DNA from: Octopus vulgaris
Lineage: Eukaryota
Direction of reading: 5' to 3'
Assembly: GCA_951406725.2 (NCBI GenBank)
Contig: OX597827.1
Span: 9,238,001-9,302,000 of the forward strand
Length of the DNA: 64,000 bases
Shown here: one piece after another, positions 1-15,035 of the stretch
How positions within the stretch are numbered: position 1 is the first letter of the stretch
Layout of the letters: the number at the start of each line of letters is the position of its first letter
Notes under the pieces: generated by a model
Databases searched by the model: none
What the model was told of the DNA's origin: nothing
Seen by the model: the letters and a program-made list of their open reading frames with translations, nothing else
Position numbers and translations under genes: made by a program

Positions 1-499
1 TATGTATGTATAGCCATCTCATTCCACTGAAAATGGGTTTCTTACTAAGTCATTCTATGAATTGACAATATAACTATGTGTATGTACATTAGCCATATAC
101 ACACATAAACATAGATAGTATATATATATATACACATTTGTTCTGTGCATGTATTTGCATGCTCAAATATGGTTGTATTCATATGTATGTCTATAAATAA
201 ATATTTTCCCATACTTCCATGGGACACATTCATATACACACACTCTCATACATCAATTACATATCTATAACTGTGTATGTATATATATATATATAACTGT
301 GTGTGCATGCGTATGTGTAGGTGTGCAGGTGTGCATAATTTATGTGTGTGTGTGTGTTCATGTGTGGATATCTATGGCATATAACTAAGACATAAATTTA
401 TTTGCTAAAGAGGGTATATAATTTATAAAATTATGTGCACACACATACATTTATATGGATATATAAAATATATATTACACACACAAATGCATATATACA

Positions 500-994
500 A
501 ATACATCCATCCAGACATGCATACATACATACATAGATACATACAAACATATATACATACATACATACATACATACAAACATATATACATACATACATAC
601 ATACATACATACATACATAGATACATCCATCCAGACATGCATACATACATACATACATACATACATACACACATACATACATACATACATACATACATAC
701 ATACATGCACACATACATACATACACACACACACATACATACATACATACATACATACATACATACATACATACATACATACATACATACATACATACAT
801 ACATACATACATACATACATAGATACATACATACATACACACATACATACATAGATACATACATACACACATACATACATACATACACACATACATACAC
901 ACATACATACATACATACATACATACATACATACATACATACACAGATACATACATACATACATACATACATACATACATACATACACACACAC
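500..994. repeat. (CATA)n/(TATG)n microsatellite array
   Basis: Continuous catacata repeats; these produce the MYVC/HTYI pseudo-ORFs in the track. Confidence 0.95.
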
Positions 995-1033
995 ATTCAT
1001 CTGTGAAATGCTTGTCTTTGAAAAGAAATTCCC
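995..1033 (-). CDS. Weak candidate 39-nt exon (GNFFSKTSISQMN)
   Basis: Minus strand tatcacag|GGGAATTTC...CAGATGAAT|gtgtgt; open in phase 0; unique sequence between microsatellites. The donor lies in a GT repeat. Confidence 0.15.
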
Positions 1034-1488
1034 CTGTGATATAGTAGAGTATGAATATACATTCTAAAGAGATAGATGGCATTAAGTGTTGCATTAAAAG
1101 CATTAAATATAAGAGAAACATTGAATTTGACAGAATTCATAGAAATAGTTATTTACATGTTTCAGTTGAGTAAGAATTTGTATCTATTCTTTTATTCCTA
1201 TATTTATTTCAGTCGTTTGACTGTGGCCATGCTGGAGCACGGTCTTTATGCAGAGGTTTGTTACTTATACTTATTTTTTATCATGCACTTATACATAAAT
1301 ACGTGCACACACACACACACATACATGCATGCACACATACATGCATGCACACACATACACACAAATATGTATGCATGTGTATGTGTTTGAAAGTGGTAGA
1401 AACTCCTACATTAACAGTCCAAAGACATTTTGTTTGTTATATTAAAGCAGTAATAACAACAACAATAATAATAACAATAATAACAATG

Positions 1489-1533
<45 letters not shown>

Positions 1534-1598
1534 TTAATAATAATAGTAATATTAATAATAATAATAATGTATTGATGATGATGATGACGATGATGAGA

Positions 1599-1630
<32 letters not shown>

Positions 1631-1637
1631 AATGATG

Positions 1638-1690
<53 letters not shown>

Positions 1691-1691
<1 letters not shown>

Positions 1692-1900
1692 GTTTCAAAT
1701 TTTGCTACAAGATTAGCCATTCTGGGGAAGGGGATAAGTTGATTATATTGATCTCAGTGTGTAACTGGTACTTAATTTATCGACCCTGAAAGGATGAAAG
1801 GCAAAGTTGATCTTGGCAGGATTTGAACTCAGAATGTAAAGCTGGATAAATTGCTACTAGGTATTTCGTCAGGTATGCTAATGATTCTGCCAGTTTTGCC
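1691..1900 (-). mobile_element. SINE family C (degraded)
   Basis: Reverse complement of the gcctttcatcctttc-ggggtcgataaattaagtaccag core and the gttcaaat B-box seen in copies at 13733 and 31706. Confidence 0.8.
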
Positions 1901-2287
1901 ATATTAACAATAACAACAACAACAACAACAATAATATCAACAATAATGACAATGATAAATTTATATTCAGGATTATAAATTATAAATTTGAAAAACTGTT
2001 TTTAAGTTTCAGGAAAATTGTTTTTAAGTTTTAGGAAAATATGTGAACAAACAAAAAAGAAAACAGAAAAAAAGTAGTCAATGACAAAGAAAAATGAAAA
2101 TATTTTAATTCTGGAAAAGTTACAAATACAACAAATATATATATCAATTACACAAGGTCTGTTTTGATATTTGTGGGATGTGTGTGTGAGTGAGTGTGTA
2201 TGTTAATATACATGAATGTATATGTTTGTATAAGTAACTGCTATATGTAAACATATAAAAGAGTATAATAGGATGCATCTGTGTGTG

Positions 2288-2335
<48 letters not shown>

Positions 2336-2546
2336 CGTGTGTGTGTGTGTGTGTATACGTATGTAAAAGTTTGAAATTAAAAAAAATCAATTAATCATAA
2401 AGCTTATAATTGAAAAACAACTCATTCTGAATTGACTAGAAATCAAAACAAATAACTTTGGGTAAAAAAGAGAGTCAGAGATGTTATGAAAGAATTCGAA
2501 AAGAATCTTCAAAACTTTTCTAATTTTTCGTAAAAATGAATTAAAC

Positions 2547-2577
<31 letters not shown>

Positions 2578-2829
2578 ATGAAAAAATAAATAAAACAAAA
2601 GGAGGAGCACAAGCAAAAAGAAAAATAGCAAACTTATGAAAACTTATTATTTGAATGAAATAAACATTTTAGAAAGTAGAATTATTATTATCATTGTAAT
2701 CATTGCTGTTATGCCATTAAGAAATCTTAATTTATATGTACATGCAAACACACACACACACACACACACATGTATATATAAGTGTATGTATTTATATGTA
2801 CATATATTTTTTTTTTTTTTTTTTTTTTT

Positions 2830-3046
2830 TGTACTTGTTTCAGTCATTTGACTGTGGCCATGCTGGAGCACCGCCTTTAGAGTGGTGAAAGAGTACAGCA
2901 GGGATCACCACCATCCCCTGCCGGAGCCTCATGGAGCATTTAGGTGTTTTCGCTCAATAAAACACACAACGCCCGGTCTGGGAATCGAAACCGCGATCCT
3001 CCGACCGCAAGTCCGCTGCCCTAACCACTGGGCCATTGCGCCTCCA
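2830..3046 (-). mobile_element. Chimeric SINE: family B head joined to family A tail
   Basis: 3046-2882 matches the family B 5' part (ggaggcgcaatggcccagtggttaggg...); 2881-2830 matches the family A 3' end (ctaaaggcggtgctccagcatggcc...gaaacaagta) followed by poly(A). Confidence 0.75.
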
Positions 3047-3073
3047 TATATATACATATATATACATATATAT

Positions 3074-3106
<33 letters not shown>

Positions 3107-3194
3107 ACCATACATACATATACACACACAAACAAGCCCACAGACACATATATAATGTTTAAGAAATATTGCTTTTATTACTTAGATATATCTC

Positions 3195-3605
3195 TCTTTA
3201 CTCTCTTTCACTTGTTTCAGTCATTTGACTGTGGCCATGCTGGAGCACCACCTTTTTTTATAGAGCAACTCGACCCCGGGACTTACTCTCTTGTAAGCCC
3301 AGTACTTATTCTATCGGTCTCTTTTGCCGAACCGCTAAGTAACAGGGACATAAACACACTAGCATCAGTTGTCAAGCAATGCTAGGGGGACAAACACAGA
3401 CACACAAACACACCCACGCATATATATATATATATATACATATATACGACGGGCTTCTTTCAGTTTCCGTCTACCAAATCCACTCACAAGGCTTTGGTCG
3501 AGGCTATAGTTGAAGACACTTGCCGAAGGTGCCACGCAGTGGGACTGAACCCGGAACCATGTGGTTGGTAAACAAGCTACTTACCACACAGCCACTCCTG
3601 CGCCT
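3195..3605 (-). mobile_element. tRNA-derived SINE family A, full length
   Basis: Head aggcgcaggagtggctgtgtgg (A box) and ggttcagtccc (B box), internal (TA/GT) tract, tail gactgaaacaagt-aaagag; many copies in the window. Confidence 0.9.
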
Positions 3606-4408
3606 ATATGGTAAATATACTTAAATACTTCTATGGCATTCGTTAATAAAAGTTAATGTTATTTCTTCATTTGAAATTTCTTTAATTTTTCTGTTTCTTT
3701 CATTTTTGCTGTTGTTGTTGTTGTTGTTGTTGTTATTGTTACTGTTGTTATGCTTTATTTCGATGTTGTTTATTTGGTATTTTGTGAATGTCAATAACAT
3801 TATTTTTCATAACTTTTTTTATATTACCACAGTTAATTTTGAAATTCAGAAGCAGTTGAATAATGACATACATACTGTTATAATATATACATCCAACCTT
3901 AATATCATATGTATCTATATTTCTATGTAAACATATACACAGATGCACAGAAAGTTATACATGTCCACAGAAATTACACGCCCCACACACATAGAGACAT
4001 ATACATGCATATATACGCACATACATACATACATACATACATACATACATACATACATACATACATACATACATACATACATACATTTCTTGCCCCAGCA
4101 TGGCAGCTTTCTAAAGACTAAAAGCAGTAAAAGTGTAAAAGAGTATATATATATATAGAAAAATAGGAGACTATGTATGTATATATATAATTTATATCTC
4201 TGTGCATGTGTGTATGCCTATATGTATACTTACATATATATATGTATATAGGTATATACATACAATATATATATATATATGTTTACATGTAATTTATATA
4301 TGTTAATGTGTATGTATATATATATATATATATACATATATACATATATATATGTATATATACATATATATATGTGTGTGTATATATACACATCTATATC
4401 TATATCTA

Positions 4409-4440
<32 letters not shown>

Positions 4441-4612
4441 CAGACACCCATATAAACACACACATTTATGTGTATATATATATTTGCATATATGCATATG
4501 TCTATCCCTATACAAACACACATACATGCTTGTACACAGAGAAACATACAGATAGATATATCGCTCAAGTAAATAGAAGAATGAAACTTAGAAACGAAGC
4601 AGGTTTACTCAC

Positions 4613-4658
4613 TTGTGGTCGTATATCCTCATCAGTATTAATATGGGAAGAGCGTATC
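4613..4658 (-). CDS. Weak candidate 46-nt exon (IRSSHINTDEDIRPQ in phase 2)
   Basis: ctactgcag|GATACGC...CCACAA|gtgagt; strong donor, modest acceptor. Confidence 0.25.
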
Positions 4659-5109
4659 CTGCAGTAGAGTTGTGTTCAGTACTTACTGCTGCTGGTTTCT
4701 TCATGTGTGCCAGCAGTATGCTGATGACGACGACGACGATGGTGGTGGCAGCAGTGATGGTGGTGGTGGTGGTGGTGGTGGGGGAATCAGCAAGCATGGA
4801 AGATTTTCTTCAGCCCTACCAACTGAACAGTGTATGTATGTAATAATGTCTGCTATTGCTAATGACAGGCAAGCTGTTCGGCTGACCGGTGGGGTTGGGT
4901 GCGGTGTGGTGGGTAATGTGATTCTCAGTAAAGAAACCCTTCAACCTACCAACTAACCAACCAACCAACCAGCCATCCAACCAACAAACAAACCAGCCCA
5001 CTCTTTGAAAGGTGTCTCACTTAATTCTTATGTTTTCCAACTAAGCACACACTTGGTGTTATGCATTTCCTCTTACCTAATTTATGATATATGTATATGG
5101 GTGTGTATG

Positions 5110-5140
<31 letters not shown>

Positions 5141-5360
5141 AAATTTATATATATACATATATGTATATACACAAGTATATATATACATGTATATATACAC
5201 ACATATATATATATATGTATATATATATATACATATATATATATATACATACATATGTATATGTATGTGTGTTTGTGTATATAAATATATACATGTATTT
5301 GTACATCTATATAATATATATATGTAATCATACATATATCTATCTATATATACATATATA

Positions 5361-5413
<53 letters not shown>

Positions 5414-5479
5414 GGTGTGAACGTGTGTACAAATACATATCAGTGTGTGTGTGTATGTATGCGTATATATACATATTTG

Positions 5480-5555
<76 letters not shown>

Positions 5556-5990
5556 TGCACACACTTATACACATACTGATGCACATTATGTAGATTATTT
5601 CCTATTTTTTTCATAAACTTTGGAGTATATGTATTCTTTCTGAAAATTTTGACAAATAATATTTATCTATTTTTAATTTTACTGAAATTTAAATGAAAAT
5701 TAAAGGGAAGAGAATATACCCCACTTTTCCTCCCTCTCCTCCTCCTCAGAAAGAAAGAAAAAAGAATCCTATAATCAACTAACGAAGAAGTGAAAATAGT
5801 TGAAATTCAGAAAGAGGCACTTCATATGTCATGAAAAAGTTCTATTCTTTGCCTCGAAGAAATTTGATGGTTTCAGAGTCCAGAAAATATAGGATATTGT
5901 GCCATGATTTTAATCAATGTTCAATATTAAGAGAAAAATATTGATTCCCTACTCTTTGTGTTTAGTTCACTTAAACAGTATAATTCCTTT

Positions 5991-6080
<90 letters not shown>

Positions 6081-6194
6081 GTTTTTTTTATTATTTCTTA
6101 CAATGCTTTTTCAGAATGATTTAAACACACCCACCCACATATATATGTATTCATATATAGGTATATATGTATATATGTATATATATATGTATAT

Positions 6195-6249
<55 letters not shown>

Positions 6250-7405
6250 GTATGTATGTATGTATATATATCTATATCTATACATATATATACATATATA
6301 CATACATGCACACACACATGTACACACACACACGTACACACACACACACACACATATATATATGTATGTGTGTATATATGTATATGTGTATGTATTTGCT
6401 TTTGTTTTTCTATCATTAAAGTTAGAATTAATTTTATTTTTACAGTTGGTGAATATTAACTAAACACCAAATTAATATGTAAATTGAATGATGCATGTAA
6501 CCAATTTTATCCAAAGTTAAAAATTAAAGACAAAGATTACTCTTCTATTAAATAATATCATCAAAATATTTCTATTTTATATTTTCAGTCAGGTTTTTTT
6601 CTAAATTTTCTATTACATTCTAACATTGCTTTAAGCAGAATTTCCATTGGAACATAATAAATAAAAAAATATTGTGAGATTTGTTAAAAGATTCTGTCTC
6701 TTTTCAAATAAAATTAAATAATTTTAATGTTATCTTTTTTCCAATATATCATTATATGAAACAAATAGAGTATTTGTTATTAACTTGCACACTTATCTAA
6801 TGTTTTTAGAATATGTCCTTGACAACTTTGAAAAATAGAGGAACAAACAGGAAAATTCTGAGTCATATTTTTTTTCTTTTCATTTGCAACACAACAATAT
6901 TATCCATGTTTAACATCTAAAAAAACATAACTCACCACAAAACCACTTCAATATTTGCGAGTAACATGTAAACAGCTGCTCCAAAAACAGATGCTGAAGC
7001 TCAATTAAAGAATCAAAGAGATATAAGAGAAAAGGTAATTGAAAATATCACAAAGAACCAACAAATAAAACCAAAGGAAGAAGAAAAATGAACAATAGTT
7101 AAATCACGATATTGCTTCATATATGTAACATTGTTGTGTTCCATGCGATAGGCTTAACTTTGCTATGAAACATGTACTATGAATAAATGCACAATAGCTT
7201 CCTAATTACTTATCTCTATCTTATTACAGATTTCGTGCTGAGTTCTCCCAGCTTACTGTAGACTGGTTAAAGTAAACATTCATTGAGCCATCAAATACAT
7301 TCTAATGGATCCTATGAATATAGTCCAAAGTATTCAGAGAGAATTGTTGGCTTAGTTTCCCTGAAACAAACTCAATAATTAATTTGCATGCACCATAATG
7401 CTTAC

Positions 7406-7461
7406 ACACATATGTTGGTTATTCTGTATATGTGTGTTTATTGAAGCGAATACAGTGTCTT
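7406..7461 (-). CDS. Candidate 56-nt exon ([19 protein letters not shown]), possible alternative to the 10259 terminal exon
   Basis: Pyrimidine-rich acceptor tctctactttcatctgtttcacaactgttactacag and donor gtaagc; phase-1 entry matches the end of exon 14221-14371. Confidence 0.35.
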
Positions 7462-7706
7462 CTGTAGTAACAGTTGTGAAACAGATGAAAGTAGAGACTA
7501 TATATACATATATATATATATATGTATATGTATGTATATATATGTATATATATATATATGTGTGTATATATATATATGTATATATATGTATTTGTATATA
7601 TATGTATATGTATATGTATATATATGTATATGTATATATATGTATATGTATATATATATATGTATATATATATATATGTATATATATGTATATATATATA
7701 TGTATG

Positions 7707-7760
<54 letters not shown>

Positions 7761-9733
7761 AGTATGTATGCATATATATTTATGTACACATGTGCGTGTG
7801 TCTGTGTATGTATATGTGTGTGTGTATGTATTTATGTATACAATGTTTATATATATACATATGTATGCTTTTGCATTTTGGCCATTTAGAACTTTAAATT
7901 TGCGAATTTCTTATTAGGAGGCGAGGTTTCTTCTATATTACCAGCTAATGGTTTCAGTTCCAGCAGAACCTAATAATGGTAAGTCAAGTTAATTATAAAA
8001 TCAGGTAAACAATGGCAAATAATCCTTCTGCGATGTAGACTCAATGAAAACGTGCGTGAAACCCTGAGATCGGTTAGAAAATAACAGTTTAAAGGAAGCA
8101 AGAATTTACCGACATTATTTGAGACGGTATTAAAATAGAATACTAAGATACAACAAGAACCAGAATATGCTAGTTGAGCCTCCTTACAACTAGTCAGAAT
8201 GAAATACGCAAAGAGACAGAAGACTGAAACAGTTACATTTGGCTGTAAGCAATGTAGGCATATATCTCTTAGTATGTGAAGCTATATGAACAAATAGCTG
8301 TATATTATATATTAGTTCCTATTCTTTTTTTTGTTTTCTTCAATTTAGTTATTTCCTGTTTTTCGATGACAGCTTACTTATCAATTCAATTCCATTTCAG
8401 TTGAAAGTACCTTTACCATACACCTGTTACAACCCTGAAGAAAATAGTGATAACACCTTTGTCACTGGTTAAACTGAAAGACCAGACGAAGTTTTTCAAG
8501 ACAAAAGAAAATGGATTGGTAGAAATGTTCACATGATATTACATAAAACACCAAACTGATCACATTCAATTAATACTGCTTTCTCTGAATGGCCATGGAA
8601 GGCCAAGAGAATATACAAAATTATTGAAAATTCAAGCATCTATCAATTATTGGTCTAGAAAACTGTTCATCAAGTGGACTGTTCATTTCAGTAATGAAAA
8701 TGTCTATCGGCAATCCAAGCAAAATACTATAAAAGCAATTATCTTTCACTAGAAGTGTTCATTGCTCACATTATTACCCCTTTCCAAAATCAATATTGCT
8801 CACACTACACAGACTGCAAATAGTTGTTTGTCTTAATTCAATACTTACCTTCTCCCACACAACAATTGCAAAGAATATTCAACAAAGTCTTCATAACACC
8901 AGAGCGAATAGGAGTAATAAATCAGAGAAAGAAAATTAGGAACTAATGAATTTACATAGACAAGACGTTGATGAATTAGCCTTGTTTGAATAATATCAGA
9001 ACCTTACAAAATAATATTTAGCAGCCAAACAAGGTCTCTTACCCTTACATGTTAATCGGTAATAACATTACTTTGAAGTCCGTGATGACCAATAAAAAAA
9101 ACCTTTAATAAAATATATAAGTACACACATACGGGATCACATGGATGGGGAAATCTCTCTTTAGGAACAAACATTATCAAAGGAAATTCACAAGAATTGC
9201 ACAAACTGCACATGAACTTGGTAACAATAAAATAACAGCTGTGTCTTTATATTCTGTTAATATAGAAAATTTAAGATGCTTAAGATATTAGGTTGAACAT
9301 TTGGGTATAAGATTTGGTATAAAACATATCTTTCTCAATGATGGTTCTATTATTTAAAAGCTTTTATTTAAAAACTTTTATGTGAGTATGCTTCTCAGAT
9401 AAGTTAGCAATCTCCTGCGACTTTTCGTGATGTTTATAATTTAGCTCTAAATCTCAACCAATTAGTGTAAACCATCTATCACCTATTTGTCATTATTAAA
9501 TTGTGTGTGCGATAATATATCATGGAAACCTATTATTTTGATTCCCCAGTATTGATATTGTATTTGTTGTATTGATTTTCTTTATCAGTCTGATTTTTAT
9601 ACAAAGGATCCATAAATATGTCATGATACTGTAAGAGTTGTTTTGTTATAATTTTTACCTTTTCCTTCTTATATATATATATATACATATATATGTATAT
9701 ATATATATATATATGCATATATATACATATGTA

Positions 9734-9784
<51 letters not shown>

Positions 9785-9978
9785 GTATGTATATGTGCAT
9801 ATATATATTTATATATATGTATGTATATGTATATGTATATGTATATATAAGGTGTTTTATCTTTAAAATAACTTATATGAATGCAATTCATTTTGATAAT
9901 TGAGCTTTATATGGGGGGGTTTTTTGTCTTAATATTTATAGCATAAAACAAATGTCTCATATGACTGTATGAAAGTGC

Positions 9979-10259
9979 TTAAGAGTTTGGCAGTTTGGGC
10001 ACTGCTGGTAATGGTTTTGAGTATGTAGTAAAACTGTTCTTCATTGGTAGGTTCCAAGGTAGTTGAGGTGCATTACTATTACTAGTGACCAGTGGACTGG
10101 TCTTTTGGGCAATGACATCATTACCACTGGATTTTTTATCGGGATTTGTTTGATAGGAACACCTGGTGCTGTTGTATATATTCTTTGGCATGGCAGTCGT
10201 ATGTTGTGATGATTTCTTCTGCGATGGATGTAACTTTTCCATTTTACCACATTTATCAT
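9979..10259 (-). CDS. Terminal coding exon of uncharacterised gene (DDKCGKMEKLHPSQKK...KPLPAVPKLPNS*)
   Basis: Strong acceptor ttcttttctttttgcag|AT; 93 open codons of non-repetitive S/K/N/P-rich sequence, then TAA; phase 1 fits the upstream exon. Confidence 0.6.
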
Positions 10260-11237
10260 CTGCAAAAAGAAAAGAACAAAAAATGGTAAAGAATGGTGAG
10301 AATATATTGTTGCTTGTTTCAAGTGAAAGCTACTATAATTGTGAAGTTAATTACCTTTCAACTGTAAATTTATCAAATAAAACAACCCTTAAAAATATGC
10401 TGCTGATAAATGCAACTTTTGCTTACACACACAGATTTCTATGTATCATCATCTGCATCATTGTTTTAATGTATACTTTTCCATGCTTGCATAGGGTTTA
10501 CACACACACACACACACACATACACACACACACACACACACTCTCTCTCACACATGCACACACATTTACTTGCAGACATACCTGGCATTGCTCGGGGTTT
10601 AAATGGCATAGTTTGTATATATGGTACACTTAAGTTCAAACATGTGGTACAGAGAAGTGCAGCATTGATGACAAACAAAACATTTGTGGAGTAAATGAAG
10701 GGCTAATTCAACTAAGTGACATGTTATGCATCTGGAAGATTCCAGGCCTTAAATTTGTCATGGAAAATCAGATGTGGGGTAAGTGATTTTGAATGCACCG
10801 AAAACTTCTCAGTGGATTGCAGCTGTCAGCACTGCCGCTACCATGCTGAACAGTCAGTAGACATATGAACTACATCTATGCGATAAATTAAGCCTGTGGA
10901 CATGTTCAACAGTACCACATGAGAGAAATCTACATGAAAGACATGACGTGGTAAATGGTGGGATTGACAAGGAAGTACTTGGAAACAACACTGTCATGCA
11001 ATATTCTGGTTTGGAATCAATAGTTGTGGCTCAGCCATGCACTCCTTCACATAAACAGCATGCGATCATTGTGAAGTCAACTCAGCTCCCAAATGGAAAC
11101 AATTCTGCAAGTAGCATTGGGATACGCAAGGCCACGTTAAGGATACGGACTCTACCAAATGTGGTTGGGTCATGTGACGTTGTATTAAATGAATTAACAG
11201 TGAGAATGAGTGCTCAGCACTGCATTGGTGGATAAAT

Positions 11238-11363
11238 AATCCTTATTTGTTGGTTAACAAAGTAACCAATGGTTTCATGTGATGAGATCTTCACAATTGT
11301 TCAAGCAATCCCCATGGAAATTTTGGTACACATCTTTATTTGTTAACCCACAAATAAAGTATA
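11238..11363. mobile_element. Small MITE-like element
   Basis: Imperfect terminal inverted repeats ttatttgttggttaacaaa / tttgttaacccacaaataaa about 125 bp apart. Confidence 0.45.
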
Positions 11364-11464
11364 CATCTATATATATATCTAAGCTCAGATACCTTTTTTC
11401 CCATTTTTTATGCATGACATGTTGTCCTTAAGTTGCCTTTAGAACTTTCTGTTATTTAATATAT

Positions 11465-11740
11465 GAAAGGTTGTGTGGTTAAGAAGTCTGTTCCCCCCAC
11501 GCCACAACACCACATTGTTACAGTTTTAGTTCCACTGCCACATGCCAATTCTGGGATAGTGTCTTCTACTATAGCCCCTGGCTAACTAAAGCATTGTGGA
11601 TGAATTTGGTATACAGAAACTGAATAATCCCATTGCATATTTTCATGTACCTGTTGTTAGGTGGTGTAGAGGTACAAACACAAAGACATACATACAAACA
11701 TATATACCCCATTTACATACCCATACATATATAGGTATAT
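11465..11740 (+). mobile_element. Degraded SINE family A 5' part and adjacent fragments
   Basis: ggttgtgtggttaagaag...gtgtcttctactatagccc...gaatttggtatacagaaactga resembles family A. Confidence 0.6.
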
Positions 11741-11746
11741 GAGTGC

Positions 11747-11786
<40 letters not shown>

Positions 11787-12085
11787 CTTGTTTACAATTA
11801 ACATGGAAAAAAATAGATAAATAGTTACCGGGGTAGCAAAATTCACACAAGTAAAAAGGATGTAACTCTTTGTTTTTAAAGGTAGAAACTCTGGGTTTAT
11901 GTGAAATATTTTGCATAAAGTTTATAAATAAATATATGGTGTAAAATAAAATTATTTTGCATAAAGTTTATAAATAATAAATGGTGTAAAGTAATACCAA
12001 TGATATCTTCAAAACGTGTCAGAAGAAAAAGAATTTGAATAACACCTGCGTTTAACTTCATTTATTTACTTATATATATATATGT

Positions 12086-12139
<54 letters not shown>

Positions 12140-12375
12140 ACATCTTAAATCTGTTGTAATACTTACAACATTTAATAAAATGATGTAGTACGAAACGATC
12201 GTACCAAATTACCAGTGTCATTCTTGTTGCTTATTTTGAATATAATCACCCCATGGATTTTTATGGATAACACCATACAAAATTCTGGTGCATCTAAATT
12301 AAGTACCATATTCATTCGAATCTAAATTTTTGCTGAACTTATATATATATATATGTATATATGTACATATATATA

Positions 12376-12435
<60 letters not shown>

Positions 12436-12436
12436 G

Positions 12437-12483
<47 letters not shown>

Positions 12484-13732
12484 TTTCTACAACCAGATGC
12501 CCTTCATGTTGCCATTCCTCATTTGTTCCCAATTACATTGATATTTCACCATGGCCAGACATGTTTTCTGGGAACATTGGAAAGAAAGGACACTGCTTCA
12601 TGACAGTGACACTCATTTACAACTTTTACATGATGCTATGACAAAGAGAAGCCAACTTACACATGCATCTCTTTCTCTCCTCCCTCCTTCCCCTATCTCT
12701 GTATGTATCCATCTGCTAAAATCCATTTGCTTACTCCGATATTCCAGATCTATTTGTAGATGTTATAATTGTGTGAGGTATACATAAGAGTTTAAAATAC
12801 TGGAAGATCCTTTTGTGTTATAATCATACATCATCAAAACAGGAGAATGGAAAAATTCTTGGTGTTATTTATTTGCCATTACGTATGTTTCACTTGTTAA
12901 TAGGATTTACAAAATTGTACACGTAGTTAAAAATATATAAGATATTTCCTATTAGGAACTCTTCAAGTAGAGAACAGCACAGTTTTGTGGATTTCTACAA
13001 TATATTCACTTTAAGTAAGGTATGCAGAATGCTATTCTGAGCTAATAGTGTTTTTGTAACTAACAATGAATTTTTATTCAGCCTGCCAGCTATTTGCAAC
13101 ATCAGTGATTTGTCAGTTGCTATTTTTCTATATCAGTAGTGGCTAAATTTGTCTAAGTATGTGGTTGATAGTGGTTACTTGCTAATGATGATGAGCAAAA
13201 ACAAAGAAATCTAGATTTAGCAATGCCATCATGGCTACTGGATGCTTTTTGTTTGCTTCTGCTACATCTTTACAAGATGCTTTCTCAAGATGGATACCAC
13301 AATATTGTGATTTTCTACGGTTTATCCATATTAAGCAAGATATACAGAATGCTATTCTGAGCTAACACTTCTTCCATCACCAACAACAGATTCATTGTAT
13401 TTAGGTGTTTATACACACAGAAGAAAATGTTACTATTTTGCTCATTGTATCTAGTTGTTCGTACTCATGGAGAGCTTTACTATTTTGTGCTGTTGGTACA
13501 CTCAAAGATGAATTTTTTCACTGATTTAAACTCTTTGTAAGGAAAACTTTACTCATTGTATTTAGCTATTTGTACACACATATGAGAACTTGTACCCTGG
13601 GAACTATTTATCTTATTCCTGAATGTTGAATCGTTCCACCCTGCTCTCTCTCTTTCCTTCTCTCTCTCTCTCTTCCCCTCTCTCTTTCTCTATATTTACC
13701 TTTTCTTCACTCTGTGGAAATAGAAATATAGA

Positions 13733-13962
13733 AGGTGGCGAGCTGGTAGAATCGTTAGCACACCGGGCGAAATGCTTAACGGTATTTCGTCTGCAGCTAC
13801 GTTCTGAGTTCAAATTCCACTGAGGTTAACTTTGCCTTTCATCTTTTCAGGGTTGATTAAATAAGTACCAGTTACACACTGGTGTCGATGTAATCGACTT
13901 AGTCCCTTTGTCTGTCCTTGTTTGTCCCCTCTATGTTTAGCCGCTTGTGGGCAATAAAGAAT
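13733..13962 (+). mobile_element. tRNA-derived SINE family C
   Basis: ggtggcgagctggtagaa head, gagttcaaattcc B box, conserved core, aataaagaa tail; flanked by the direct repeat aaatatagaa. Confidence 0.9.
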
Positions 13963-14220
13963 TAAATATAGAAATACACACATACATATGCATGCATGCA
14001 CACACACACACACAAACACACATACACACAGACAAACACACACACACACAAACACATACACACAAATCTACACAGTTATTTTAAAGCTGATGATTCACAT
14101 ATCATTACTACACACAATTTCTAACTGTGTAAAATCTTTTAAGCAACAAGAATATCAATTCATAGCAGTCTGTGTTTTCAGACATAAAAGTCCAGAAAAA
14201 TTAACCATAAAAATATATAC

Positions 14221-14371
14221 CTGATTGTTCTTCAGTATGATGGGTATCTCTACCCTTCTTGCAAATATTGTGTCCATTGTCAGCATTTGATATTGTAGAC
14301 ATCTCACTGTACCGATAGGGTGGATGAATGATACCTTCTGTTTCTTTCCTATCAAGTGATGTCCTAGCTAT
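14221..14371 (-). CDS. Internal coding exon (IARTSLDRKETEGIIHPPYRYSEMSTISNADNGHNICKKGRDTHHTEEQS)
   Basis: Acceptor cttctttacttgtgtttccaacag|, donor CAG|gtatat; 151 nt, phase 0 to 1, open; splices in frame to 10259. Confidence 0.65.
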
Positions 14372-14546
14372 CTGTTGGAAACACAAGTAAAGAAGGAAAT
14401 CTTAGCACACAATTTTAAAAATAGTACCACGCTGCAATTGTTTTCGTTCCAGCACACGATCTCAGATCAAATCACTTGCTATGCAAGTACATCTCCGTAA
14501 TTAAAATAGTACCTTATTTTAAAAAATTGTTTTCAGTCTTCATCAT

Positions 14547-15035
<489 letters not shown>

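Noticed and set aside
423-1121. Long ORFs of [12 protein letters not shown] type here and throughout (e.g. 5021-5614, 26068-27002, 55857-56470)
   Set aside because: Translations of stop-free microsatellites, open in many frames on both strands.
7920-9500. 1.6-kb non-repetitive stretch that could hide coding sequence
   Set aside because: No sustained ORF; compatible with 3' UTR, intron or an ancient retroelement, none of which I can demonstrate.
10948-11235. 95-aa plus-strand ORF in GC-richer sequence
   Set aside because: No recognisable motif or convincing splice sites; more likely a decayed transposon remnant.
11995-12215. Additional hammerhead-like remnants (aaaacgtgtc; cgaaacgatcgta)
   Set aside because: The CUGANGA core is absent; too degenerate to call.
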